The notes under the pieces were generated by a model, which saw nothing but the letters and a program-made list of their open reading frames with translations, was not told the origin of the DNA and ran no database searches. The translations under genes were made by a program, and so were the position numbers. This document shows, piece by piece, positions 38,212 to 48,184 of a stretch of DNA of 64,000 nt (its first letter is position 1; each line of letters opens with the position of its first letter). This stretch comes from Gemmatimonadales bacterium (GTDB lineage Bacteria; Gemmatimonadota; Gemmatimonadetes; Gemmatimonadales; GWC2-71-9). The DNA lies in assembly GCA_965249575.1 (NCBI GenBank), contig OZ252244.1:1376001-1440000 (forward strand). Direction: 5' to 3'.

Positions 38212-38783
38212 CGCTCGACACTCCGGGGTCGACCGAAGGGCTGGATCACCGAATGCAGCGCCAGTACCCGCCGTGATGCGTCCGTCACGGCCCGTGCGGT
38301 GAGCGTCGCCCCGGTTACGTTCACGATGTCTCTCTTGAGCGAGAGGCCATCCGTCAACGCCCAACCGCGGAAACTCGCCAGCCATCCCTCCGGCGCCCTG
38401 TAGTCCGGCGGCTCGGAAAACCGGAGGACCTCGATCCTTTCGATAGTGTCGTCTGGTGTGACGACCACCATCAGCACCTCGGGAAGCGTGCGCACCCGAT
38501 GGACATCGAAGTAGGCTGCTCCCAATCGTGTGCCGTGGAGCGTGCCCACGTAGTAGGTCACCACCCGCTGCTCGAAATCCGTCTGACCGCTGATTCGCCC
38601 GACGTCGCCGGTTTGCTCGGCAGTCAAGAACGCGGTTTCCCGCTCGACGGCCGCCGGGGCCGGGAAGGCCAGTCGGAGTGCTTCCTCTTGGGTGAGGGTC
38701 TGGGCATGAGTCCAGCCGGGCGCCACGACGAGCGCGACCCACACCGAGCCAAGAAGTCCGTGTCTCGCGGCGGTGTGCATCAC
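38208..38783 (-). CDS. Exported FMN-binding (flavinylated) protein
   Basis: Signal ending THA-Q; DIVNVTGATLT matches the [S/T]GA[S/T] flavinylation motif. Confidence 0.88.
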   Translation of the reverse strand: MMHTAARHGLLGSVWVALVVAPGWTHAQTLTQEEALRLAFPAPAAVERETAFLTAEQTGDVGRISGQTDFEQRVVTYYVGTLHGTRLGAAYFDVHRVRTLPEVLMVVVTPDDTIERIEVLRFSEPPDYRAPEGWLASFRGWALTDGLSLKRDIVNVTGATLTARAVTDASRRVLALHSVIQPFGRPRSVER

Positions 38784-40189
38784 TAGAACAGGTACCCCAG
38801 GGCGACGTCGACCTCATCGACGCCGGTATCGGCCTCGTTCCGCTGCAACACGTAATCGGCCTTCAGTACGACGTTGGGGATCGGACGCCAGGCGGCACCG
38901 ATCGAAATCAATTCCTGGTCGTTCGCCGGATCGGGGGCGAACCCGGCTGGGACGCGTTGCTGCGTATTGATCCGTTCGTACCGGACGTAGGGAATCAGTT
39001 CGTGATCAGTGCGAGCATGCCGAAGCAGGTTGTAGCCCACGTGCACGTACCACCCAAGAAGCCGCTCGCCCACGGATGCCGATCCGGAGAGCTGCCGCGC
39101 TTCGTTGATCAGTGCCGCCTCGTCAACACTCGCGCCGGCGACGAGACCTCGAAAATCCAACCCATACGCGCGATACTCCGCGTGTCCTTCCCAGATCACC
39201 GTTCGGGCTCCGATTCGCCGTGCCGGGTTTGAAGCGACGACGTGGTTCTGACCCGAGTTGCCGGCGTACACCGACCCTCCAAAACGAGCACCTGCCGTCG
39301 AATAATCGAGCCGCGCGACCGCGGCGAACTCTTCCGCCGCCGCTCTCGAGCCCTTTTGACGCCCACCGCGGATTCCCGCCGCGCTGAAGCCACTCGCCCG
39401 CGAGGCACTGCCCCCAACGGCATCCAGTCCGTTCATCATATATGCGCGGTACGAGAACCCCGCCGCCTCACCGAAAATGCCGATCCCGTTCTCCCGCCAG
39501 GTCGAGGGAATGATCCGCTGCTCGGTTACCGAACGCGTCGCACCGAGGAACACCGGCGGCTCGTGAAGCTCATTGACGAATCCCATCGGTGACAGGAGCA
39601 AACCGGCTCGCAGACCGAAATGGTCGCTTGGCCGATAGTCCAGGTACGCGAACTCGAGCGATGCCGACCCTGCCTGCCCCGTCGAAGCGTGCTCGAGCTC
39701 GATTTCGCTGTTGAACAGGAACCGCCCGTTGAACTTGTATCCGACGTACACGATCCCACGGAGGGCATCGATCTGATCGGCCTTGCCCGATGGAGTGCCG
39801 TCCTGCCCCTCGCGCCGAAAATTCTGATACAGAAACTCTCCGTAGCCCCCAATCGACAATCCCTGCCGGACCTTGTAGGTCATCGATGCGCCGGGGCCAA
39901 AGCCGAGGATACCGGTATCGGCTGGCGCAACGAGGTCCGCCCCGAGCGCCATCGCCTCCAGCTGGCGCGTAAGGGCCTCGATCTGTGCGGCCTGCCGCGC
40001 AATGGCGAGGGTGTCCTCTCGCTTCAGCATTCCGCGGAGCAATTCGACCTGGCGCTCGAGCCCGTCTAATCTTCTCGTAGTCTCATCGTCCTGGGCGCTC
40101 GCAGGCGTCGACACGAGGCCCACACCAACGAGGGCCAACCCGATGAGTGCGACACAGCGCGGCGGCACCAACCCGTTACCGGACCGCAC
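38783..40189 (-). CDS. Outer-membrane beta-barrel (porin-like)
   Basis: Signal peptide; N-terminal coiled coil; IGGYGE, FNSEIELEH, EFAYLDY and IIPSTWRE; C-terminal ALGYLF. Confidence 0.85.
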   Translation of the reverse strand: MRSGNGLVPPRCVALIGLALVGVGLVSTPASAQDDETTRRLDGLERQVELLRGMLKREDTLAIARQAAQIEALTRQLEAMALGADLVAPADTGILGFGPGASMTYKVRQGLSIGGYGEFLYQNFRREGQDGTPSGKADQIDALRGIVYVGYKFNGRFLFNSEIELEHASTGQAGSASLEFAYLDYRPSDHFGLRAGLLLSPMGFVNELHEPPVFLGATRSVTEQRIIPSTWRENGIGIFGEAAGFSYRAYMMNGLDAVGGSASRASGFSAAGIRGGRQKGSRAAAEEFAAVARLDYSTAGARFGGSVYAGNSGQNHVVASNPARRIGARTVIWEGHAEYRAYGLDFRGLVAGASVDEAALINEARQLSGSASVGERLLGWYVHVGYNLLRHARTDHELIPYVRYERINTQQRVPAGFAPDPANDQELISIGAAWRPIPNVVLKADYVLQRNEADTGVDEVDVALGYLF

Positions 40190-41315
40190 GCCTGGAGATC
40201 TCTCGAGTCACAGCGAGGTCCGCGGCCGGGTCGAGGATGAGGGGTTGCATGGCGGCGTTCCATCGCGCTTGAAGACCATCGGGCTGCCGGATCAAGAAGA
40301 GAACACCCACGTCCCCGCGGCTGTCGGCCCAGCGGTAGCCGGCTTCCGGACCGAGCACGAAGAGCGCCGTCGAGAGGATGTCGGCAATTAGGGGGTCGGC
40401 GGCAGCCACCGTGACGCTTCCCCACGGGCGAACTGGACGGCCGGTGCGCGGATCCAGCACGTGTCCCACGCGCCGCCCCGCGGCTTCGACGCACCGCTCC
40501 GACTGCGAGGTGGTGGCGACTGAGAGGTCGCTGAGCTCGAGCCGCTGGGCCCGAAGGCCGCGCCGGGCCGGATCGGCCACCACCACTTCCCAGGCCCGAC
40601 CCGATGGGGCGCGACCGATGGCGAGCAGCTGGCCGCCGAAGTTGAGGAGCGCCGACTGCACCCCTTTTTCCCGCAGCACGCGCTCCGCCTCCCGCAACGC
40701 CGCCCCTTTTCCAAAAGCGCCTGCATCGATCCAGCTGGCCGGTGACATGCGAGCGACCGTGCGGGCAGCGGGATCGATGACAAACCGCTCGCTCCCGGTT
40801 GCGGCGAGGGCAGCGGTGATCTCCGCATCAGTCGGCCACCTGCCGGACCCGCGGAGATCCCACGCGTCGATGAGCGGCCCGACGGTCGCGTCGAACGCAC
40901 CGGACGTCCGTGTGTGCCAGTCGAACGCCGCCTTGACGATGTCGAACACGCGGGTGGGTAGCGGCACCGGGCTCATTGACGGCGATGCATTGAGACGCGC
41001 CAGGTCGGTGTCGGGCCGCCACGTGCTCAGCATCAACTCCATCCCGCGCACTCCCTGGAACACGCCTTCGAGCAGGGCGTGCCCTTCGGCTCGGTCGGCT
41101 GCCCGGACGCGAGCATGTAGGGACGTGCCCATGAGGAACATCTCGCGCGTGACCCAAGCGCCTCCTGTCCGGGGGGGATCGCTGGATTCCCGCCTCGCGA
41201 TCAAGGGTGCGACACCGGCGGGCGTAACGCTTTGTGCCTCGGCAAGCCGAGGCAGGCTCAAGCCCACGCTCGCCAGGAGAAACAGCGAGACACAGGAGCG
41301 GTTTGGCGTTAGCAT
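40176..41315 (-). CDS. apbE: FAD:protein FMN transferase ApbE/Ftp
   Basis: LMGT, GAFDATVG, DAGAFGKG, NFGG, VATT, HVLDPRTG and ADILSTA motifs. Confidence 0.93.
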   Translation of the reverse strand: MLTPNRSCVSLFLLASVGLSLPRLAEAQSVTPAGVAPLIARRESSDPPRTGGAWVTREMFLMGTSLHARVRAADRAEGHALLEGVFQGVRGMELMLSTWRPDTDLARLNASPSMSPVPLPTRVFDIVKAAFDWHTRTSGAFDATVGPLIDAWDLRGSGRWPTDAEITAALAATGSERFVIDPAARTVARMSPASWIDAGAFGKGAALREAERVLREKGVQSALLNFGGQLLAIGRAPSGRAWEVVVADPARRGLRAQRLELSDLSVATTSQSERCVEAAGRRVGHVLDPRTGRPVRPWGSVTVAAADPLIADILSTALFVLGPEAGYRWADSRGDVGVLFLIRQPDGLQARWNAAMQPLILDPAADLAVTREISRRAVR

Positions 41316-41401
41316 AGTGGCGTGGCGAGAGCCCGTTTATTAGCCAATCCCACTGCGGCCGGAGCATTCGAGCGGCTGCGGTTATGGGCGTCGAAAGCGA
41401 A

Positions 41402-41416
41402 TGAGAATCATTCTCA
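41402..41416. promoter_or_regulatory. Fur-box-like operator (7-1-7 palindrome)
   Basis: TGAGAAT-C-ATTCTCA perfect inverted repeat, close to the TGATAAT-N-ATTATCA consensus, in an AT-rich patch. Confidence 0.85.
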
Positions 41417-41431
41417 ATTAGCTTTATCCCA

Positions 41432-41460
41432 AATCTATCTATCGTCTTTTCGAGTGTCAA
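41432..41460 (-). promoter_or_regulatory. Sigma70-type promoter for the apbE operon
   Basis: TTGACA-17 nt-TAGATT on the minus strand, just upstream of the Fur-like box. Confidence 0.8.
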
Positions 41461-41493
41461 GCGCCGCCCGAGCCTTGGTCGGGGAGTGATATC

Positions 41494-42330
41494 ATGGTCC
41501 TTCGCCCGCTACGAACGCTGGCCACCCCCGAGCCGGCCGCGTACGTCAATGACGCGTGGCTCGAGGAAATCGAAGCGAGCCTCGCCGATCCAAAATGCGA
41601 CCGGTACCGGTTGTGCCGCGAACACCTCAGGAGGATCTACTATCCCGGCGTTGAGGACGTCGACACCCTCATCGAGGACCCATCGACCCCGGCGGCGACG
41701 CGAGCCGCGCTCCTGGCTCTCGATGCCAGCCACGTCACGCTGGAGCCGGAGTACTACGGCGAGATCGACCCCGACCGATACGTGGCGGTCAAGCCCCTCC
41801 TGTGGTTATGGCAGAGTTTCGACCGCTCTCCGCTGGGTGGAGGCAACGTCGCGCTCGGCGTCCAGCTTCGGCGGATCCTGGCCCGCTACATCTTTCGCCG
41901 TTGCGGCACGAACTTCAAATGCTTTCAGTTCGTCGAGTTCTCGTTCGGATACTTGATGGAGGTCGGCGACGACGTGGTGATCCACCGGCACGTGTTGCTC
42001 GACGACCGCGGCGGCATCCAGCTCGGCAATGGCGTCTCCGTCGCGGACTACGCCAACATCTATAGCCACAGCCACTCGATCGTCGATCAACAAGACGTGA
42101 CCGACTCGAAGACCGTGCTCGATGATGGGGTCCGCATCACCTACCATGCGACCGTGCTCGCCGGCGTGCACGTCGGACGCGAAGCAATGGTGGGGGCCGG
42201 AGCGGTCGCAACGAAGGACGTCCAGCCCTATCACGTTGCATTGGGCGTGCCCGCCCGCACGGTCAAAGTGAAGCCCAACGCACCGCCCTCCACGACCCAG
42301 AAATCCCCCGGGCGAGGCGATTCGTCGTGA
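41494..42330 (+). CDS. Hexapeptide-repeat (left-handed beta-helix) acyltransferase
   Basis: VGDDVVIH, LGNGVSV, IYSHSH, VGAGAVATKDV and GVPA motifs. Confidence 0.9.
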   Translation: MVLRPLRTLATPEPAAYVNDAWLEEIEASLADPKCDRYRLCREHLRRIYYPGVEDVDTLIEDPSTPAATRAALLALDASHVTLEPEYYGEIDPDRYVAVKPLLWLWQSFDRSPLGGGNVALGVQLRRILARYIFRRCGTNFKCFQFVEFSFGYLMEVGDDVVIHRHVLLDDRGGIQLGNGVSVADYANIYSHSHSIVDQQDVTDSKTVLDDGVRITYHATVLAGVHVGREAMVGAGAVATKDVQPYHVALGVPARTVKVKPNAPPSTTQKSPGRGDSS

Positions 42331-43455
42331 CCGGCTGGTTACTGGCGGCGTCCGCTGCCGTGGTGATCGCATGGGCCGCCTACCTCATCGCGACGGTCCG
42401 GACTCGACGCGCCGCCGCCACCGAGCTAACTCGCACGCGGCACGAGCTGGCGCAATGCATCAACGAGCTGTTTTCCCTCCAGGAGCTGTCATACCTTCGC
42501 CCGAACCAGCTCCGGCGATAGCAACCAGGTCGACCTAAACGATGTCACCCAGCGAACCGTAGCGTTGGTCGGCTACGAGCTAAGGCTGCGAGATATCCAG
42601 CTCGAAGCGGATCTCGCCGCCGACCTTCCGCTCGTGGCCGGTGATCGGTACGAAATCCAGCAGGTGGTCGTCAACCTGCTCACGAACGCCGTCCAGGCAG
42701 TAGGCAACAACCCCCCCGGTCGGCCCAGGATCATACGGATCGGCACCACCGCGGCGCCGGACGCCGTCACTCTGCGGGTGGCCGACACAGGTCCCGGAAT
42801 CACCGACGACGCCCTCCCCCACATCTTTACGCCGTTCTACACCACCAAGGAGGCCGGCCACGGGACCGGGCTCGGCTTGTCCGTCTCATTCGGCATCGTC
42901 GAACGCCACGGGGGTCGGCTGAACGCCGAGCGTGCGCCCGACGGAGGCGCCTTGTTCGCCCTCACTCTGCCGGCCGTTGCCGTGGAACCCGCCGGATCCA
43001 GCGGCGAGAACGCGTCGAGTGCGACCGCGGCGCCCGGGTCGGCGGCACCGCGCCAGAGCGACCCGACTAACCGAAAACGGACCATTCTCCTGGTGGACGA
43101 CGACCCGGCATTTCGGCGGATGATCCACGTCATCTTCTCGAAAAACGAGCAGCTGGTTGAGGAGGCTCCGAGCGCGGCCGAAGCCCTCCGGCAACTGGAA
43201 CGGCGGAACTTCGACCTGGTGATCGCTGATCCGCGAGCTGCGGTTTCCGCAGGCGAGATGCTGGCCGATGTGCTCCTGAGACGTTGGCCCGCACTCCGGG
43301 ACCGAACCATACTGGTGACGGGGGATGTCAGGAGTGAGACCGACGAATGGCTCAAGCGGCTGGGGTGCCGCTATTTCCGCAAGCCGTTCAAGGTGAGCGA
43401 GCTGCAAGCACAAGCCGCCGAGATGCTGGAGCCCGCGGACGCGGACCCCGGCTAG
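42327..43455 (+). pseudogene. Hybrid histidine kinase with the sensor and HisKA region deleted
   Basis: A TM/coiled-coil start (…ELFSLQELSY) is joined out of frame at ~42492 to TFARTSS…VDLNDV. HATPase boxes (NLLTNA, DTGPG, FTPFYTTK, GTGLGL) and a degenerate REC follow; no H-box. Confidence 0.8.
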
Positions 43456-43506
43456 GACGCGCGGAGGGCTGGGACGCCGGGAGCCCCGCCGGCGCGCTTC
43501 TGCGAC

Positions 43507-45753
43507 TTATTCCTGGTGGCTGTGCCGGCGGGTTCGAGAGAGTATCGTCTTGAGACGCGCCGACAGTGTGCGGGCTCGAAAAGGCTTGCTCAAGAAGTCG
43601 TCCGCGCCGAGCTCGAGCACTCGGACCTCGTTGTCTTCATCGCCCTTCGCCGTCAGCACAACGACCGGGATCTTCGCGGTGGCCGGCCGCGACCGCAGGT
43701 GCGCGAGGACCCCGTAGCCGTCGAGCCCCGGCAGATTGAGATCGAGAACGATGATGTCGGGTCCGTGCCGGTCGACCTGGTCGAGGGCCTCGACCCCGTC
43801 TCTCGCTTCGGTAACGGTATACCCCTCACGCTCAAGGAGATCGCGCATCACCCGCCGCAGCTGATCTTCGTCATCTACGAGCAGGACCTTGGCTGACGGC
43901 GCCGTACGCCCGTCCCCCCCCGCGGTCTCGATGAGGTCGAACCCGGTCTCGGGGTGCGCGGCATCGGCGCCCGAGTCGCGCTCCGTGGACACACCGGACC
44001 CCGATATCCGCTGCGACTTCCCAGAGGAGCGCCGCTCTCGCTTCGCCTCCTCCCGTTCTTCATCCGTCGGCGGGACGTCCACGACCCGAAGTAGCTCATC
44101 GATTGTCGACTCACCTCTGAGCACATGGGCCAGGCCCGAATCCCAGAGCGACTTCATCCCGCCACGCACCCCGGCGTCATGGATCCGGTCGGCGGTTTCA
44201 CCCGCCGCTATCCGGCGCTCGACCTCCGGCGTCGCGGCAAGGACCTCGACAATCGAGAACCGGCCATGATACCCGGTCATGGCGAATTCGGAGCATCCCG
44301 CGGCGCGGTAAAGCAGAGTGTCCGCGGCGATCCAGCGTTGTAGCTTCGGCGGGATCGCCTCGACCCAAACCTCTTTGCAGCTGGGGCAGAGCCGGCGCAT
44401 GAGACGCTGGGCTACGACACCGCGAATGGCGGCGGCGATTTTATAGCCCTCGAGTCCGATGTCGATGAGACGGGTGACCGCGTTGGCGGCGTCGTTGGTG
44501 TGTAACGTCGACAGCACGAGGTGCCCCGTCAGTGCCGCCTGGAGCGCGACCTGCGCCGTTTCCCGATCCCGAATCTCACCAACCAGCACGACGTCGGGGT
44601 CCTGCCGGAGAATAGACCGCAGCGCCGTCGCGAAGGTGAGTCCCGCTTTCTCGTGAACCTGGACCTGTACGATGCCCTGTAGCCGGTACTCGACCGGGTC
44701 CTCGACCGTGACGATGTTTACTCCCTCACTCTGAACGAACCGGATGGCGGAATACAGCGTGGTTGTCTTGCCGGAGCCCGTTGGACCGGTAACCAGTATG
44801 ATGCCGTCCTTGTTCTCCAGTAACTCTTCGACGTTTTGTTGCTCGTTCCTGTTCAAGCCGAGCGCTTCGAGGGACAGCACGGTGCGCCGCGAGTCGAGAA
44901 CGCGGATGACGACTTTTTCCCCGAGAGACGCGGGGAGCGTCGAGACGCGCAGGTCGACCGGCATCCCGTTCACGGCGACTCGCGCGCGTCCGTCCTGCGG
45001 CCGGAGCCGGTCCGCGATGTCGAGACTCGAAATGATCTTGATTCGGGAAATCAAGGGCAGCCCGGCCGCCCGGGGCACCTTCATGACCTGCCGGAGCACA
45101 CCGTCGATGCGGTAGCGGACCGCGATCCCGCCCTCTTCAGATTCGATGTGAATGTCGCTCGCCCGCGAGACGATGCCTTCCGAGAGGATCAGGTCGACCA
45201 GTCGAACCACCGGCCGCTGAGATGCCTCTTCTTCGGAGACGATCAGCTCGTCGGTTTCATCCTCCTCGACGTGCGTGACCTCCGCAGCGGATTCCATTCC
45301 TTCCAGCAGCTTCCCGATGACGTTCTCTGGCCGGTACGTTTCGTCGATTTCCTCCCGGATCTTGGAGGGGCTGGCCAGATGGACACGAACCTCCCGGCCG
45401 GTGGCGAACGCCAAGGTCTTCTCGCAGTCCAGGTCGAAGGGGTTCGAGGCCGCGATCTCGAGGTAAGAATCCGTGACAACCATGGGCACGATGTGATAGC
45501 GCCGGGCGACCTGCTCGGGGACCAGCTCGCGCGCGCCACCTTCGCTCAGGCTAAAATCGGCGATCTTCAGCCGAAACCGCTCCGCGAGCGTCTCGATGAC
45601 TAGCTCGTCCGTTGCGAGACCGGACGCTACGACCGAGTCCCACAGCGAGTCCTTGGCATCCTCGCCGTTACGGACCTCGTCGAGTTTCTCCTCCCCGATA
45701 AGCGAATGCAGGGTCGGAGCCAACCACTCGTCCGTGAATCGTTCTTCCGCCAC
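43507..45753 (-). CDS. GspE/PilB-family secretion ATPase fused to a C-terminal receiver domain
   Basis: GAGGA before GTG 45753; ASDIHIE, GPTGSGKTT, EDPVEY, LRQDPD and STLHTN motifs; REC with LVDDE, DLNLP, TA and KPF. Confidence 0.93.
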   Translation of the reverse strand: MAEERFTDEWLAPTLHSLIGEEKLDEVRNGEDAKDSLWDSVVASGLATDELVIETLAERFRLKIADFSLSEGGARELVPEQVARRYHIVPMVVTDSYLEIAASNPFDLDCEKTLAFATGREVRVHLASPSKIREEIDETYRPENVIGKLLEGMESAAEVTHVEEDETDELIVSEEEASQRPVVRLVDLILSEGIVSRASDIHIESEEGGIAVRYRIDGVLRQVMKVPRAAGLPLISRIKIISSLDIADRLRPQDGRARVAVNGMPVDLRVSTLPASLGEKVVIRVLDSRRTVLSLEALGLNRNEQQNVEELLENKDGIILVTGPTGSGKTTTLYSAIRFVQSEGVNIVTVEDPVEYRLQGIVQVQVHEKAGLTFATALRSILRQDPDVVLVGEIRDRETAQVALQAALTGHLVLSTLHTNDAANAVTRLIDIGLEGYKIAAAIRGVVAQRLMRRLCPSCKEVWVEAIPPKLQRWIAADTLLYRAAGCSEFAMTGYHGRFSIVEVLAATPEVERRIAAGETADRIHDAGVRGGMKSLWDSGLAHVLRGESTIDELLRVVDVPPTDEEREEAKRERRSSGKSQRISGSGVSTERDSGADAAHPETGFDLIETAGGDGRTAPSAKVLLVDDEDQLRRVMRDLLEREGYTVTEARDGVEALDQVDRHGPDIIVLDLNLPGLDGYGVLAHLRSRPATAKIPVVVLTAKGDEDNEVRVLELGADDFLSKPFRARTLSARLKTILSRTRRHSHQE

Positions 45754-45941
45754 GTTGAGTCCTCTGAAGAGCCCAACGTGGAAAGCTAAACATCGCCCGC
45801 CGGTTGAGCCACTGAACGGGACGTGGCACCCCACCTTGCTCCTGAGCCCAGACTTCAAATAACTTGCGGGGCGGCGGCGCAAACGGACCGGAGTCGGCTT
45901 GATTCAACGCCGCCACCCTACCTCACTGCGCCGCATACATC

Positions 45942-46649
45942 GTGCCCATGATGCTTGGAATCCTGTCCGCGCCTTGGCGGCCCCTCGCGGGCCGCCGACC
46001 CCGAGCCACGTCCGGCGGGGGCCCTCTGGCTGTGAACCGCACAATGCCACTCGCGAGGTCGAGAGCCGCGATTTCGATCGCCACGCTCTCGCTCGGGTTG
46101 GCGGCGTGCGAGAAGCTCGTCGCCCCCGGTGGTCCCAGGCTCACCACGGGAGAGCTGATCGTACTCCCCGTGCAGACGGCGGCGCCGGCACCCGCTCCCG
46201 CCACCTTTTTCGTCTCAAATGGCCGAAGCACCGTACGAAACCTGATCCACGCCGATGCCTTTAGCACGCAGTATGCCCGGCTGCTGTTCCCGGCGGGGAG
46301 CCTCGCCTCGTTGAATGGCCAGCCGCTGGGGTCCGGCGATTCTGTCCTGGTAACAGTGCAGGCTCGACCGGGTCAGTACGGTATTACGATATCGCCGCGC
46401 GGCCTGTCGCTGAGCGCGGGAAGTCTGCCGACTGTGGTGTTTTCCTTCGGTCGCTATGGCGATTTCACGGTGGCCGGCTCGTCGACGCGCTACGCAAGCG
46501 CCCAGGAATATGCGACCGCGCTCGACGTATGGCGGGAGGTGACCGCCGACGGCTGGAGCATGGCCACCGGATCGCGAACCGCCGGCACGGATGCGGTGGA
46601 GGCGCAGATTGAAGCTCCCGGCGATTACGCGGTCGCTGCGCCCCGGTGA
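45942..46649 (+). CDS. Hypothetical lipoprotein (start uncertain, perhaps ~46032-46043)
   Basis: LGLAAC lipobox; ends YAVAAPR with a GTGA overlap onto trpE. Confidence 0.75.
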   Translation: MPMMLGILSAPWRPLAGRRPRATSGGGPLAVNRTMPLARSRAAISIATLSLGLAACEKLVAPGGPRLTTGELIVLPVQTAAPAPAPATFFVSNGRSTVRNLIHADAFSTQYARLLFPAGSLASLNGQPLGSGDSVLVTVQARPGQYGITISPRGLSLSAGSLPTVVFSFGRYGDFTVAGSSTRYASAQEYATALDVWREVTADGWSMATGSRTAGTDAVEAQIEAPGDYAVAAPR

Positions 46650-48184
46650 CCCTCGGCGTCACGTTCGATGCATACCGCCGATTGGCCCGCGGCGGAGGGA
46701 TCGTCCCAGTCGTTCGGGAATTCGCGGCTGACACTCTGACCCCCATCGTCGCCTTCGCGGCGGTCGCCCGCCCCCCGTTCGCCTTCCTGCTCGAATCGCT
46801 CGTCGGGGGCGAGCGCTGGGCGAGGTACACCTTCATTGGGACCGAGCCCGGCGAAGCCTGGAGGTATGGGAACGGCGAAGTGGACCGCTGGACTCCAGGG
46901 GCTGGGTGGGAGTCTCTGGGTCCTTGCGGCGATCCGCTGGCCCACATCGGTGGACGCATTCGGCCGCTCCAGGCCGTAGCGATCGACGGACTTCCGAGGT
47001 TCAGCGGCGGCGCCGTCGGGTACCTCGGATACGACGTCGTACGCTTCATCGAAAAACTGCCCGGAGGCCCGGAGGACGATCTCGGGCTGCCCGATGCGCT
47101 GTTCATGGTCTGCGACACCGCGGTCATCATCGATAACGCGTTCGGACGCGCGATCGTAGTAGCCAACACAAACGTCGCTCCCGGAGCTCACGCGTCCGAG
47201 CTGCGTAGAGAGTACGGCCGAGCGATGGACCGAATCGAGTCGCTCCTCACCAGGCTGGCCGATCCGCCGAAGCTGCCGGCCCTCGCGCTCGGCGGAGCCG
47301 ACCCGCCGATTACGTCCTCCCCCTATACCCGGCGGACGTTCGAGCGGGGCGTGGAGAAGATCAAAGAGCACATTCGCGCCGGCGACACGTTTCAGACTGT
47401 ACTGTCTCGGCGCCAGGAGGTCCCATGCCAGGCAGACCCACTCATGGTCTACCGAGCACTCAGGAGCCTCAACCCCGCCCCCTACCTCTATCTGTTGCAG
47501 CTGGACGACGTGTCGGTGGTCGGTAGCTCGCCGGAGGTGCTCGTACGCGTTGAGGACCGCGAGATCACGGTCCGTCCAATCGCCGGAACGAGGCCCCGGG
47601 GCGGAACGCTCCACGAAGACGCGCGCCTCGAAGCCGAGCTTCTGGCGGACTCGAAGGAACTCGCCGAGCACATGATGCTCGTGGATCTCGGCCGGAACGA
47701 CGTAGGCCGTGTCGCCGAGTACGGATCGGTGCGCGTTACCGCAGACAAGGTCATCGAACGGTATTCACACGTGCAGCACATCGTTTCCGAAGTGCGGGGG
47801 GATTTGCGAAACGGGCTCGACGCTGTTGATGCCTTGCGCGCGTGTTTTCCCGCTGGCACGGTAACTGGGGCGCCCAAGGTGCGCGCGATGGAGCTCATCG
47901 ATGACTTGGAGCCGACGCGCCGGGGGCCGTACGCCGGTGCGGTCGGGTACCTTGGCTGGGGTGCGGTCAATTCCGACACGGCCATCACCATCCGGACCGC
48001 CGTCATTCGGGAGGGCCGCGCGTTCGTGCAGGCGGGCGCCGGGATCGTCGCAGACAGCATTCCAGAACGGGAGTACATCGAGACCGAGAACAAAGCAAGC
48101 GCGGTACTGCGTGCGCTCGAGTTGGCCGAGTCCAGTTCGCGTGGGCTCGACTCGCGGCATATATTGCGTCTCTCTGACGCTTGA
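46646..48184 (+). CDS. trpE: Anthranilate synthase component I
   Basis: FLLES, NPAPY, GSSPE, PIAGT, EHMMLVDLGRND, GAPK, IRT and QAGAGIVADS motifs. Confidence 0.93.
   Translation: MTLGVTFDAYRRLARGGGIVPVVREFAADTLTPIVAFAAVARPPFAFLLESLVGGERWARYTFIGTEPGEAWRYGNGEVDRWTPGAGWESLGPCGDPLAHIGGRIRPLQAVAIDGLPRFSGGAVGYLGYDVVRFIEKLPGGPEDDLGLPDALFMVCDTAVIIDNAFGRAIVVANTNVAPGAHASELRREYGRAMDRIESLLTRLADPPKLPALALGGADPPITSSPYTRRTFERGVEKIKEHIRAGDTFQTVLSRRQEVPCQADPLMVYRALRSLNPAPYLYLLQLDDVSVVGSSPEVLVRVEDREITVRPIAGTRPRGGTLHEDARLEAELLADSKELAEHMMLVDLGRNDVGRVAEYGSVRVTADKVIERYSHVQHIVSEVRGDLRNGLDAVDALRACFPAGTVTGAPKVRAMELIDDLEPTRRGPYAGAVGYLGWGAVNSDTAITIRTAVIREGRAFVQAGAGIVADSIPEREYIETENKASAVLRALELAESSSRGLDSRHILRLSDA

Noticed and set aside
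37633..38817. 394-aa ORF spanning the FMN-binding gene
   Set aside because: The first ~200 codons overlap the FMN-binding gene in another frame; the membrane protein begins at GTG 38211.
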